Below are positions 1 to 9,287 of a stretch of DNA of 64,000 nucleotides, piece after piece. Each line of letters begins with the position of its first letter. Position 1 is the stretch's first letter. The notes beneath the pieces were generated by a model. The model did no database searches. It had not been told where the DNA came from and saw only the letters and a program-made list of their open reading frames with translations. Location of the stretch: contig CAWJWJ010000002.1 of assembly GCA_963846575.1 (NCBI GenBank), positions 2,816,001-2,880,000 on the forward strand. Direction: 5' to 3'. Source of the DNA: an uncultured Nitrospiraceae bacterium. GTDB lineage: Bacteria > Nitrospirota > Nitrospiria > Nitrospirales > Nitrospiraceae. Made by a program: the position numbers and the translations under genes.

Positions 1-1451
1 CAAGAAGGACAAGACCTGGTGCCTCCGTAATGCAATGCTGGAAACATCAAGCCCCGAAACGGACACGCGAAGCAGTGACAAGGTAATCGAAGATATTGTC
101 GCAAGCTTTGAGGTCTTCATAGGTCCAGAGCTTATGCCCTTTTGGGAGCTGAAAGACATCAAAGGATCCTTTTACGGTCTGCCGCCCTTAGGCCGTGGCC
201 CTGTTCGCGTGTTTGGGGGAGGAACATTACCAGCAATGACATACGAAAAATTTTCGGATGTCAGCTGCCCCTACTGCGGACCAAGAGCACTAAGGCGAAC
301 GCTCTCGTGGCGGCGACTGGTGTACGAGTTCCCGCCTCCACGGCCGGGTGATCCTCTTGCAGTCAGATGTGTTACTGGCCCTGACCTCACGCGTCCAGAC
401 CAACAACCGTCTCTTGTCAAACTGAGATTGATCGGCCCGGGAGGCGACGATCCTCTAATGCCCTCCCGCCGGCTCCCTGAGGTGAACGCACAACCGCTAT
501 GGGGCGCAAGACTGATGTGTACCTGCTCCAGGCCCACACCCTTTCTTTGGGTATGTCCCGCAAGGGACAGCAGGATTCGTGTTAGTCAATTGCAAGGATC
601 TCCAGCGTTCAAAAACGATGACCTGATACATCTAGATTTTCCATTTTAGGTTTGTGATGAGAGGCACACTTATACTAGACAATGAGGCCACTCTGGAACT
701 CAGTGGAGCGACAAGCTCCGACTTCGACATCGTGACCAATACGCCATCGACCCCGTCAACGTGGTCGCGCACGGCTTCGATTCGCGCTCGTTTCGAAGGC
801 ATCAATTTCGGCGTGTTGGGCTCGATCGACAATACCGCCATCACCATGTTTCGTGACGGCACCCCCTGTAATCGAGTCGTTCCTGTGCCAGCCAGCATCA
901 CGTTTGTTAATGCCGAACAGCAGGCCCGAAACATCTCAGTGACCGCCGAGTCTCTCGCGCCAGCGTTGCATGTACAGCCGTTCACGGTCTCCCTGGGTCC
1001 CGGGGAGCGCAAGCAGGTACCGATCCCCATTCAGATCGATTCCTGTCCGGCTGAGGGTGTTGAACATACCGGAACGATAAAATTCAGGTATGCCGGCGTG
1101 GTTCGGCGTGCAGCACTTGGCGTCACGCTCTACACCAACATGCACCATTGGCGGAACGCCTCCAGAAGCGTCGGTTCCTGTGATTACACGTGGGATATCT
1201 ATATTCGCCCGGACGGCAACACCCACCTGACCTACAGTTTACGAAACCGCAATCTCATTTTTCAGAAGCAGTTGGATTTTCGCTTCATGGTACTGGGTCA
1301 GGAAATCGGAAGAGGGGTACTGCGGGACGGTCCAAACACGCTTCATACAAAAACCAACGGGTACAGGCATCCATCCTCATTTGTGAGAGATAATTACGTG
1401 CCAATGCTTTCCGCCCCCGCCAGCGTCAAATTAACCTGTTCGAACTGGTGA
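1..1451 (+). pseudogene. Hypothetical beta-rich protein, probably one gene split by a frameshift near 637-640 (ORFs <1..649 and 654..1451); 5' end is outside the window
   Basis: Frame 2 is open from the window edge to 649. Removing one T from gattttccat joins it to the 654..1451 frame, giving IHLDFHFRFVMRG, which resembles LHLEFHF in the 17729..18712 protein. Confidence 0.45.
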
Positions 1452-1764
1452 CAGCACGCATGGCAGCCGCACTCCGGGATCTGCCTGCATGATGTGAATA
1501 CGTTCCTGAGATCGATAGTCCGGCTTACCCACAGATGGCGACTTTCATTACGTACAGGCGGAGTTCTGGACAAATATAAATACCAGCATTCCCGCATTAC
1601 GTGATTGACCCAGAGGCGTCCACCTGAGTATGCTCCTGCCGTCCTGCAGCACCGGCTACAAAGCGGCATCCGGCGCGCCCTGGGGAGGATCGGAATGATC
1701 GTACAGCCCTCCGGCACATCGCCCTTCCCCGTTTCCTCCCCCTCCTCTCAATCTCCAGCCCAAT

Positions 1765-1790
1765 TGAACCCCACGGGCCTCCGTCCCGAC
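1765..1790 (+). promoter_or_regulatory. Putative ECF sigma promoter TGAACC-N16-CGAC
   Basis: tgaacc ccacgggcctccgtcc cgac, 50 nt before ATG 1841; the motif recurs across the locus. Confidence 0.7.
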
Positions 1791-1840
1791 TCACGAGCCA
1801 GGAACGGAAACCTTCGCAAGCATCGTCCGGGCAGGTTCCA

Positions 1841-2191
1841 ATGAGTACAGGATCACAACGAAGCCTCGCAGTGAGTCTCCTCATCCTTGCTACTCTGGGC
1901 GGTTGGATGACGGCTCAAGCCGGCGATCCTGGTACCGCCCGGATCACTGACAGGCGGCCGGCGGATGCACCCCCGGCCCATGGCCTCGGCAGGAGTATAG
2001 GCGCAACGGCAGAATCGCAAACCTCTATCCTCTCCGCCCACCCGGCAACCCCGGAATGCGATGGAGCAGCGGCTCCAGTTCCGGCGATCACCACGTTCCT
2101 GAACCGGGTCATGGGGCGCTCGCGCCCCGAGGAGGTCAGACTGTGCGCCGTTCCGCCAGACAGCGACAACAGAGACGGAGCCGACAAATAA
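1841..2191 (+). CDS. Small exported hypothetical protein (2 Cys)
   Basis: Sec-type signal peptide ending AQA; lies directly downstream of the promoter motif. Confidence 0.6.
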   Translation: MSTGSQRSLAVSLLILATLGGWMTAQAGDPGTARITDRRPADAPPAHGLGRSIGATAESQTSILSAHPATPECDGAAAPVPAITTFLNRVMGRSRPEEVRLCAVPPDSDNRDGADK

Positions 2192-2204
2192 TGCCGGCTG
2201 AGGA

Positions 2205-2230
2205 TGAACCACAGCGACCGGATCAACGAC
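2205..2230 (+). promoter_or_regulatory. Putative ECF sigma promoter TGAACC-N16-CGAC
   Basis: tgaacc acagcgaccggatcaa cgac, 55 nt before the DsbA-family ATG. Confidence 0.7.
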
Positions 2231-2285
2231 CCATGAATGCGGATACACAGCAGCAACCATCGTCATCAGATTTCAAGGAGGCCCG

Positions 2286-3035
2286 ATGAATCGCCGACGT
2301 TTCGTGAGTATCGCTACTCTGCCCGCCCTTATCCTGGCCTGCGCCCCCCAACTGAGCCTCGCGAAGGAGCCGACGCTCGATCCCGCAGCGAGACAATCGA
2401 TGGAGCAGGTGATCGAGCAGTACATCCGGACTCACCCGGAGGTCATCGAGCAGTCGCTCCAGGCCCTGGAAGCCAAGCGGGAAGCGGAGGAAAAGGAACG
2501 GCAAAAAGCCGCCCTGGGCAAACATCAACAGCAGCTCTTTCAAGATCCCTCGTCGCCGGTCAGCGGCAACCTGTCCGGCGAGGTCACCTTGGTCGAGTTT
2601 TTTGATTATCGCTGCGGGTACTGCAAGCGTGCGGCCGGAGCTGTGACCCAGCTGCAAAAGGACGACCCGCGCGTGCGCGTCGTCTACAAGGATCTGCCGA
2701 TTTTGGGCGAGGCATCCGAACTGGCAGCCAAGGCCGCACTGGCCTCGAAAGCCCAAGGCAAACACCAGGCCTTTCATGAAGCGCTGCTCGCCTCCAAAGG
2801 CGACATGACGAAAGAGTCCATCCTGGCGACCGCAGCCGAAGTCGGTCTGGATCGAACACGCCTGGAAGCCGACATGGCGAATCCCGAATGGCAAGCCGCG
2901 ATCGACCGCAATCGCGACCTGGCCAAAAACCTCGGCATCAGCGGCACGCCGGGGTTCATCGTCGGTACCGAACTCGTCCCCGGCGCGCTGGACGTCAACG
3001 GACTCAAGGAACTCATAGCCCGGGCAGGAAAATAA
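2286..3035 (+). CDS. DsbA-family thiol-disulfide oxidoreductase, Com1/ScsC-like
   Basis: EFFDYRCGYCK active site, GISGTPGF cis-Pro loop, N-terminal helical IEQYIRTHPEVI extension, signal peptide, AAGGAGG RBS. Confidence 0.92.
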   Translation: MNRRRFVSIATLPALILACAPQLSLAKEPTLDPAARQSMEQVIEQYIRTHPEVIEQSLQALEAKREAEEKERQKAALGKHQQQLFQDPSSPVSGNLSGEVTLVEFFDYRCGYCKRAAGAVTQLQKDDPRVRVVYKDLPILGEASELAAKAALASKAQGKHQAFHEALLASKGDMTKESILATAAEVGLDRTRLEADMANPEWQAAIDRNRDLAKNLGISGTPGFIVGTELVPGALDVNGLKELIARAGK

Positions 3036-3082
3036 ATCATGGTGAGGCAGACTCAGGAATCACTTCATTGAAGGAGGATCCT

Positions 3083-3568
3083 ATGACACCGCTTGCCACA
3101 GACTTCGGAATCGTCGGTTGTGCGGGGATCAAGAGTATGCGAGGCGCATGGCTTCCAATAGCCGGTCTGGGAGTCTGTAGCCTCTTGAGCGTCCTCCTGT
3201 CGGCGGACGTCGGTTGGGCAGCACCAAAGAAAGGAAAAACATCTGTGACGTGCAGATGTACCTGCATGTACCAGGACGAAATGGGGAAAGTCCATTATGG
3301 ACCATCGCAGGGTGTGCAGTTCACCGAATCGACAGGAGAAAGATGCCTTGACCACGCGTGTAAATCAGGCAGTCATAGCGGCAGGACCAGAGATTGTCTC
3401 TTTTCGGAAAACCCGAATCAAATGCGTGTCCCGCCGGGAGGGATACCAGGGCAGCTCCAACAGACACCGGCTTCACCGGGCGGCATGGCCGGCCCCGCTC
3501 CGGGAACAGTCTTGCGCCGGGGAGTCGAGGAGGAACAGCCCACGTCCTCAGAAAAAGAGGGGAAGTAA
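3083..3568 (+). CDS. Exported Cys-rich protein (6 Cys core) with C-terminal VLRRGVEEE tail
   Basis: AAGGAGG RBS before ATG 3083; signal peptide ending GWA; CxCxC core; Pro/Gly linker; acidic tail. Confidence 0.8.
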   Translation: MTPLATDFGIVGCAGIKSMRGAWLPIAGLGVCSLLSVLLSADVGWAAPKKGKTSVTCRCTCMYQDEMGKVHYGPSQGVQFTESTGERCLDHACKSGSHSGRTRDCLFSENPNQMRVPPGGIPGQLQQTPASPGGMAGPAPGTVLRRGVEEEQPTSSEKEGK

Positions 3569-3641
3569 GTGCCATTCCATCGGAGCAAACCTCAATGCTG
3601 AGATGGCGACCATGTGGCGGGGCAGCAGGGAGACCATCTTG

Positions 3642-4211
3642 ATGAGACGAGCATGGTACGGGCGGCACATGTTGTTCGGGACGAGCTGCATCCTGGCACT
3701 ATTGTTATCGGCCGCCCTGGAGGCCGCAGAGCCGAAGGATCAGCCGGCCACTCCTGAACAGACGTCTCAGTCACACCCGGTGCAGGAGCCGGATGAGCAT
3801 CCCCTCGCGCCGGTTGACCAGGATGACATCACAGGGCGCGGAATTGACCGCGGGCCGGTGGGAAAGAAGGGCATTCCGCCGTCCGGCAAGAACCCGCCGT
3901 CGCACCTCTGCCGTACGCTGACGCACATGATGACCCAATGCAAATGCTTCAATCAGGCGGAGTGCCAGCCTCTCTCCGCGCTCTTCCCCAACTCCTGCCC
4001 CGCCGGCAGCCAGCACTGCGAGTTTGTCCCGATGAGTCGCGGCACCATGCCTCCCCTCCCGCCGAATCTTTGCGGATATCAGGTGCCGCTGACGCTCACG
4101 GAATGTTCCTGCCATACCGCAGCCGAGTGCCAGTTGCTTTCGCCCTTCTGCCCGGGCTCCTGCCCGGCGGGGAGTCAGAGCTGCACCTGCCGGCCATTAC
4201 GAAGGGGATAA
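3642..4211 (+). CDS. Exported Cys-rich protein with acidic pro-region (ITGRGI) and duplicated Cys domain
   Basis: Signal peptide; two copies of LC..CxC....ECQ.LS...P.SCPAGSQ.C. Confidence 0.8.
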   Translation: MRRAWYGRHMLFGTSCILALLLSAALEAAEPKDQPATPEQTSQSHPVQEPDEHPLAPVDQDDITGRGIDRGPVGKKGIPPSGKNPPSHLCRTLTHMMTQCKCFNQAECQPLSALFPNSCPAGSQHCEFVPMSRGTMPPLPPNLCGYQVPLTLTECSCHTAAECQLLSPFCPGSCPAGSQSCTCRPLRRG

Positions 4212-4247
4212 CATGCTGTCAACGAGCTGGATGAGAGGATCACGGCT

Positions 4248-4679
4248 ATGAGGTATCGAATCACTGTCGTCTATCTCGGCACACTAGTCCTGATGCTGGC
4301 AGTGACCGTGCAGCAGGTCGCCCACGGTGCACCCAGAAGGCCGTCGAACAGTGCGGGTGCCTGTTCCATTTCTGCCGACAAATTCAATCAACTCGCAGCC
4401 AGGAACCCCGCCGGTGCTGCGGCCTGTAAGAACATGGCTGACAACGCGCAGACTCAGGGCGGGTCGTTCTCGTTCATGTGTGATAGCGCGACGGGTGAAA
4501 TCTCCTGCTGTAACGACTCGTCCTGCGTCTCGCTTGGCAGGGCGATGAAAGGCAAGCTTCCCGGCATAATGCCGGAACAGCCGCCCGGTTCCATACAAAT
4601 ACCTCCGCCTCCTTCAGGCGGCAAGCCCGGTACGGCTCCGCCGCCCGGCGGTCCGATGGCACCCTCGCAGGTTCGATAG
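4248..4679 (+). CDS. Exported Cys-rich protein (6 Cys) with Pro-rich tail
   Basis: GAGGA RBS, signal peptide ending AHG, even Cys count in the mature part. Confidence 0.8.
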   Translation: MRYRITVVYLGTLVLMLAVTVQQVAHGAPRRPSNSAGACSISADKFNQLAARNPAGAAACKNMADNAQTQGGSFSFMCDSATGEISCCNDSSCVSLGRAMKGKLPGIMPEQPPGSIQIPPPPSGGKPGTAPPPGGPMAPSQVR

Positions 4680-4744
4680 GTCTCAACCAACATCGTATCG
4701 GAAGGTAGACATCTTCCCCATTTCTCAATCGAAGGAGACAGACC

Positions 4745-5113
4745 ATGAAATTCGCACGGTCCACGGTTTTAGTCTGCATGTTGCTGTTTGCTGCCGGAGT
4801 GGCAGGCTGCGCGGACAATCCCGCCCCTGTGTCAACGATGCACAGCGAGGCGACGGTGGCCGGACATTCCGCTCAGGTACAGGAACGCGCGACGCCGATG
4901 CAGAAGTCGGGTTACATGAACGTCCCTCGGATGCAAGTGACACGGCCGCCGATCCCGCCGAGAGGCGGCGCCATGAATTTTTCCTGCGGCGTGACGTCGT
5001 GCACCTGCCATGGAGACGCCGATTGCAACAACATGTTCAGTTCAAACGTCTGCGGACATTCCGCGGTGTGCGATACCTCCAATGGTGTCGAATGCAGCTG
5101 TTTGAGGAACTGA
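4745..5113 (+). CDS. Cys-rich lipoprotein (8 Cys C-terminal domain) with VQERAT motif
   Basis: AAGGAG RBS; lipobox VAG-C. Confidence 0.8.
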   Translation: MKFARSTVLVCMLLFAAGVAGCADNPAPVSTMHSEATVAGHSAQVQERATPMQKSGYMNVPRMQVTRPPIPPRGGAMNFSCGVTSCTCHGDADCNNMFSSNVCGHSAVCDTSNGVECSCLRN

Positions 5114-5175
5114 CAGTACGCGTCCTGCCAAGCCGCAGGTGAATGATTTCACTCCGCAATTGAGAGGAGATAGTT

Positions 5176-5610
5176 ATGAGGACAAGCATCGTTCGACACA
5201 CTGGCACGGCATTGTTGATCCTGGGAACGTTGCTGGGGCAATCGTTTCCAGCGCAGGCCGTACCCATAAAAAATCCGGAGAACTGCCAAGGCCCCGTCAC
5301 CATCGGGGTCGCGACCTGTCCCGACAAACCCGGCCATTGGGTCGAGTGTCTCCCCAGCGGCGACTACATGTGCTGCACCGGCAACGCCCAAGGTGGTAAA
5401 GACTGTGAGCAGATCGAATCGTTCAAGAATCCCAGAGGCGGGGCGACGAGAATGCCCGGAGGCCTGCTTCAGAATGCGCCGGTGGTATCCCCGCCTCCAA
5501 GCCCACCCCGATTTCCAAGAGCGGGCATGAAGGCGCCGATCACGAGGCGCGGGGTCGAGGGTGAAGGCTCGACGCCATCGCCGACCGTCCCCGAGGAACA
5601 GGGCAAATAA
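5176..5610 (+). CDS. Exported Cys-rich protein (6 Cys) with ITRRGVEGE tail
   Basis: GAGGAG RBS; signal peptide ending AQA. Confidence 0.82.
   Translation: MRTSIVRHTGTALLILGTLLGQSFPAQAVPIKNPENCQGPVTIGVATCPDKPGHWVECLPSGDYMCCTGNAQGGKDCEQIESFKNPRGGATRMPGGLLQNAPVVSPPPSPPRFPRAGMKAPITRRGVEGEGSTPSPTVPEEQGK
5548..5610 (+). repeat. Shared 3' tail cassette, copy 1 (copy 2 at 6050-6112)
   Basis: Encodes RGV[ED]GEG[SA]TPSPTVPEEQGK* in both genes; the distal part is almost identical at DNA level. Confidence 0.9.
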
Positions 5611-5659
5611 AAACCAGCACGTCCGCATTGCGGAACGGGCCTGACTAAAGGAGTTTCCG

Positions 5660-6112
5660 ATGAACATCCCGAACAGAATGCTCGGGCAGAGTCGCCTGTC
5701 ATGCAGCCATCCCCGACGATCCGGCAAGGCACAAACCGTCAATCTCTTCATTTCTCTGATGACCCTGCTGGGGTTTTTTCTGTTGTGGAGCACCCCAACC
5801 ACCGCGTTCGCGGAACGAAAAACCTCGCGCCCCAAAACGGCCGAAGAAAAGAAGACGGATGCCTGCACGAAGCAGAATGTTGAATGTGCAAACGGCTGTA
5901 GAAACGGCACTCATCTACCCATAGGTTCCGCCTCGGACAAGATCCAAACCTGTGATGTGAATTGCGGCAATGCTTTCAACAGATGTATGGCCGCCATGAG
6001 GGGTGGGCCGGCAGGAACATTCTCCGGCACAAACGGCCCCGTCCTGCGCCGCGGCGTCGACGGGGAAGGTGCCACGCCATCTCCGACCGTCCCCGAGGAA
6101 CAGGGCAAGTAG
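5660..6112 (+). CDS. Exported Cys-rich protein (CX6CX3C...CX3CX6C) with VLRRGVDGE tail
   Basis: AAGGAG RBS; long signal peptide ending AFA; helical-hairpin-type Cys spacing. Confidence 0.8.
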   Translation: MNIPNRMLGQSRLSCSHPRRSGKAQTVNLFISLMTLLGFFLLWSTPTTAFAERKTSRPKTAEEKKTDACTKQNVECANGCRNGTHLPIGSASDKIQTCDVNCGNAFNRCMAAMRGGPAGTFSGTNGPVLRRGVDGEGATPSPTVPEEQGK

Positions 6113-6181
6113 ATCGACTGGGAGTTCATCACGTTCCGCCCACGCCGCGGGCATGACGCGCTTGCGGCAGAGGAGGCCATC

Positions 6182-6601
6182 ATGATGCACGCGATTCGAC
6201 CGCTCATGATCCTGGTGGTGCTGGTTCTGTGGACTTTCTCGACGAACCCGGCCTGGGCCGTGCCGAAACTCACGCCCGGCAGCAAGCGGTATTGCTCATG
6301 CACCTGCGCGACACAGGACAGTATCCTGTTCACTCCGTCCTGGGAGAAGCGGTATGACTGCGGCCTCGCCAACAACAAAAAATGCAGGCGAGAAAAAGAC
6401 GGCATGACCGGCAAATTGCACAGCTGCATGGAATGCGAGAAAACGAACAACGGTGGCATGTTCTGCGTCAACCCCGGGCTGGCTACGAAGCCCCCGGGTC
6501 GCGTTCCCGGCGGCAAACTCGAACAGATTGTCCCGCGCGGCATCGAAGGCACACAGGAGATCGAACCGCCGCCCCTGGAATCCGGGGAAAAAGAGAAGTA
6601 A
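6182..6601 (+). CDS. Exported Cys-rich protein (8 Cys) with IVPRGIEG tail
   Basis: GAGGAGG RBS; signal peptide ending AWA; paralog of 7101..7616 (PKL.PG..YCSC.C...WEK). Confidence 0.82.
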   Translation: MMHAIRPLMILVVLVLWTFSTNPAWAVPKLTPGSKRYCSCTCATQDSILFTPSWEKRYDCGLANNKKCRREKDGMTGKLHSCMECEKTNNGGMFCVNPGLATKPPGRVPGGKLEQIVPRGIEGTQEIEPPPLESGEKEK

Positions 6602-6643
6602 CCCCTTTTTCAATCGGTCACGACAAAAGGAGACACAGGAGCC

Positions 6644-7045
6644 ATGACTCATCCTCGTCCCAATTATTGGAGTGGCGGTCTGGCCGTCGGCGTGGTGCTG
6701 GTCCTCGTGACGTCGTTCAGTTGGGCTGCCCCCAACACCGGCAGCGGGCCGCAGAAAACCGAGAAGCAGTGCAAAGACGAACAGGCTAAGTGCAAGAAGG
6801 ACTGCGACCAGTTGATCGACATCGGCAACAACGTCAAAAACTGCAAGGACCGCTGTACGGATGGTTATGTCATTTGCACTCCGGCGCGAGGCACCGTGCC
6901 GCCAGGCACTAGATTCGGCACGGTGCGGCCATATGGTCTCACCAAACAAAACGCGCCGGTTATCCGGCGCGGCATCGAGGGCGAGACACCTGAGGATTCC
7001 GCGCCCAGCACTCACGGCTCATCGGTACCACAGAGTCCGCAGTAA
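6644..7045 (+). CDS. Exported Cys-rich protein (CX6CX3C...CX3CX6C) with VIRRGIEGE tail
   Basis: AGGAG RBS; signal peptide ending SWA; same Cys spacing as 5660..6112. Confidence 0.82.
   Translation: MTHPRPNYWSGGLAVGVVLVLVTSFSWAAPNTGSGPQKTEKQCKDEQAKCKKDCDQLIDIGNNVKNCKDRCTDGYVICTPARGTVPPGTRFGTVRPYGLTKQNAPVIRRGIEGETPEDSAPSTHGSSVPQSPQ
6949..6990 (+). repeat. 42-bp tail cassette, copy 1 (copy 2 at 7535-7576)
   Basis: aaacgc[g/c]ccggtt[a/t]tccggcgcggcatcgagggcgagacacc, 2 mismatches between copies. Confidence 0.9.
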
Positions 7046-7100
7046 ATGGGAGCCGACGAACGTTAACTCTATCGCCAGACACAGCGAGGAAGGGACCACC

Positions 7101-7616
7101 ATGCAGAATCTGCCGTGCATCCATCGCAGCCACGTGAAGGGCTTGTCAATTGGACTTCTTGGGTTAGCGCTGATCATAGGATGGGCCGAGGTCAGTCTGG
7201 CGTTGCCGAAGTTAAAACCGGGAAAAACCTACTGCAGTTGTAGTTGCAAGACCTTCTCGAAAGGCGTGGGGTTGGACTGGGAGAAGGTCGCAAGCTGCAG
7301 TCTGAACGGAAAGAGCTGCAAAGGGAAAAATAGCGCCGGGGTCTTGGAAGACGGCGTCTTGCAGCACTGCAATGAATGTAGGGCCGATTCTTCGGGCCAG
7401 GGTTACTCGAGCTGTACGCCCGTCAAAGACCTGAGTAGACCGAACTTGGGCGGGACGACTCCCCCGGTCCTTCCCGGCACGCTCGACCCGGGCTCGCGGC
7501 AACCCTCCGTAGCCCCGTTCTCACATCAAGGCACAAACGCCCCGGTTTTCCGGCGCGGCATCGAGGGCGAGACACCGGCTCCGTCTTCCACGGAATCGGG
7601 CAACTCAGGAAAGTAA
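7101..7616 (+). CDS. Exported Cys-rich protein (8 Cys) with VFRRGIEGE tail
   Basis: Purine-rich RBS before ATG 7101; signal peptide ending SLA; paralog of 6182..6601. Confidence 0.82.
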   Translation: MQNLPCIHRSHVKGLSIGLLGLALIIGWAEVSLALPKLKPGKTYCSCSCKTFSKGVGLDWEKVASCSLNGKSCKGKNSAGVLEDGVLQHCNECRADSSGQGYSSCTPVKDLSRPNLGGTTPPVLPGTLDPGSRQPSVAPFSHQGTNAPVFRRGIEGETPAPSSTESGNSGK

Positions 7617-7638
7617 CAATTCGGAGAGGAAAGCGAGC

Positions 7639-8718
7639 ATGGCGACGGGAACGACTCAACTGATCACACAGGCGGTTCTAGCAATCGGGCTCTCGACGGC
7701 CCTCCTCACCGGAGCGAAGGCTGACACCAATCCCTCGGCCCCTGACGCCCCGACTCACGAAGAGCCGGCGCCACCAATTACCGAAGCGGAGGCGGCAGAG
7801 GGCGGAGAAGTGCAGGAACGGGCGGTCATCCGCGACCATCGGACGATGCCCGGGACCTTCAGGCCCTCCACTGCTCCCCCATCGGCAGCCACCACCGCTC
7901 CCAAAACCACGATACCCGGCGTTGTCGCGCCGATGGACGGACAACTGCTCCGACCGGACCGACACCAGGCCCCGACCGCCAACCTGACCGTGGTCGCCAA
8001 TGGCTTGCGGTTGAAGCACAAGAGCCTGACCACACTCATCGTCGCGCCTCCCGATTTGCCCGTCACCCGGCCGGTCGAAATCAGCATCGGGTATTACTCC
8101 CCGACCGGCAATCAGCGGATCACGCAGTCCTACGTGCGATCGACCGGGAACCGGTTTCTCTACAACGACAAGGAAGCGGACGGAAAAGCACGTCACATGA
8201 CCATCAGCGTGTCCCTGAGGGAACAGTTGCCAAACGGTGAATGGGCGACCTACGCACTGCCCTGGCAGGCCGATCTGGATCCTCTGTACGACGTGGCGAT
8301 GGGTCCGTTCGCCTTCGACTTGATCAGCAAATGCGACGCCGCCGGAAAAAGCGAAATCCTTTTCGCGTGGCACTCGCCGGAGGGCCAATACCATAAGGTC
8401 AGATTCTCCACCCGCGCCGGATCACGAACCACCATTGGAGCCTTTGCCTGGTCCCGGCCGGAAGTGAGTTGGTCTCAGCGGCTCAACCGCGAGGAACCGG
8501 AGTTTTACGATGAAGATAACGCCGTCACGGAGATGTTGTGGACCTGCCTCCCGGCCGGGTGCGGTTTTCAACTCAATCCCCCCAACTCGAATCACCTCCT
8601 GACGGCCAGGACACAACTGATGAAGGGCAATTTGAAGGCCCGTAACGACAACTGCCAGGCCTATTTTGAGTACCAGATCACTAAAACGCTCCGCTTCTAT
8701 CCCTACCTTGAGCCTTGA
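7639..8718 (+). CDS. Exported beta-rich protein with acidic pro-region ending VQERAV
   Basis: Signal peptide ending AKA; paralog of 12714..13715 (APTANLT..AN.L.L.HKSL, DLDPL.D, C...GKSEI.F.W.SP). Confidence 0.85.
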   Translation: MATGTTQLITQAVLAIGLSTALLTGAKADTNPSAPDAPTHEEPAPPITEAEAAEGGEVQERAVIRDHRTMPGTFRPSTAPPSAATTAPKTTIPGVVAPMDGQLLRPDRHQAPTANLTVVANGLRLKHKSLTTLIVAPPDLPVTRPVEISIGYYSPTGNQRITQSYVRSTGNRFLYNDKEADGKARHMTISVSLREQLPNGEWATYALPWQADLDPLYDVAMGPFAFDLISKCDAAGKSEILFAWHSPEGQYHKVRFSTRAGSRTTIGAFAWSRPEVSWSQRLNREEPEFYDEDNAVTEMLWTCLPAGCGFQLNPPNSNHLLTARTQLMKGNLKARNDNCQAYFEYQITKTLRFYPYLEP

Positions 8719-8728
8719 GGAGGTCGCC

Positions 8729-9172
8729 ATGCAGATGAGAGTTCACGTGCCTGCGCCAATTACCCAATCGAGCCGCCTCCGGTCCCTTCTCCTGGCCGGC
8801 TTTGCCACGATGGTGATCGGCTCATTGATTGGTCCCGGCCTGCAGCCGGCCGCTGCGGCCTGCAGTAACACCGACCAATGTGCGGCCGATCGCGTCTGTC
8901 TCGATTCACGGAAACCCTTCGGTATCGGAAAGGAATGCCAGCCACTTCCCTGTAACGCCGATTCGAATTGCCCCTCGACTCGTCCGCGGTGCCTGATGGG
9001 GATCTGCCAGAATCCCGGCTTCAACCCCAACGCGCCCTCGGGCGCAGGCACGACTCAGGCTGGTGTAGGAGAGACGTGCGGGCCGTATAAGATCGGTCAG
9101 GTGACGAAAAGCCGGGGCTGCAAGCCGGGGCTGCAATGCGTCAACGGACGCTGCCAAAAACCGCTGCAATAG
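8729..9172 (+). CDS. Exported Cys-rich protein (12 Cys, three small disulfide modules)
   Basis: GAGGAGG RBS; signal peptide; repeated C.....C.....C....C units. Confidence 0.82.
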   Translation: MQMRVHVPAPITQSSRLRSLLLAGFATMVIGSLIGPGLQPAAAACSNTDQCAADRVCLDSRKPFGIGKECQPLPCNADSNCPSTRPRCLMGICQNPGFNPNAPSGAGTTQAGVGETCGPYKIGQVTKSRGCKPGLQCVNGRCQKPLQ

Positions 9173-9185
9173 CGGCTGAGACAAT

Positions 9186-9211
9186 TGAACCTCGGGCCAT
9201 ACGGCCCCGAC
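9186..9211 (+). promoter_or_regulatory. Putative ECF sigma promoter TGAACC-N16-CGAC
   Basis: caattgaacc (same 10-mer as at 1761), a 16-nt spacer, then cgac; intergenic. Confidence 0.72.
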
Positions 9212-9287
9212 AGACCGGGTAGCCAGAACGGTGACCGGGTGGGTGGGCAATGTGGACCGCCCTGCACAGAGGAGAAAGGAGAGGGTG

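Noticed and set aside
4248..4679. SLGRAM (and TKSRGC in 8729..9172) as motif copies
   Set aside because: They lack the aliphatic P4 or P2' residues, so these two genes are scored as motif-negative.
6598..6624. Possible extra ECF promoter GTAACC-N17-CGAC before 6644
   Set aside because: Both the -35 element and the spacing deviate from the other copies; plausible but not counted.
5548..7576. Repeats as a CRISPR array or integron attC sites
   Set aside because: They are in-frame coding sequence, occur only in pairs, are irregularly spaced and are not palindromic; no cas or intI genes are seen.
3509..7616. RRG tails as Tat signals or sortase/PEP-CTERM anchors
   Set aside because: They are C-terminal, have no following TM helix or basic cluster, and the first Arg is not conserved (IVPRGI).
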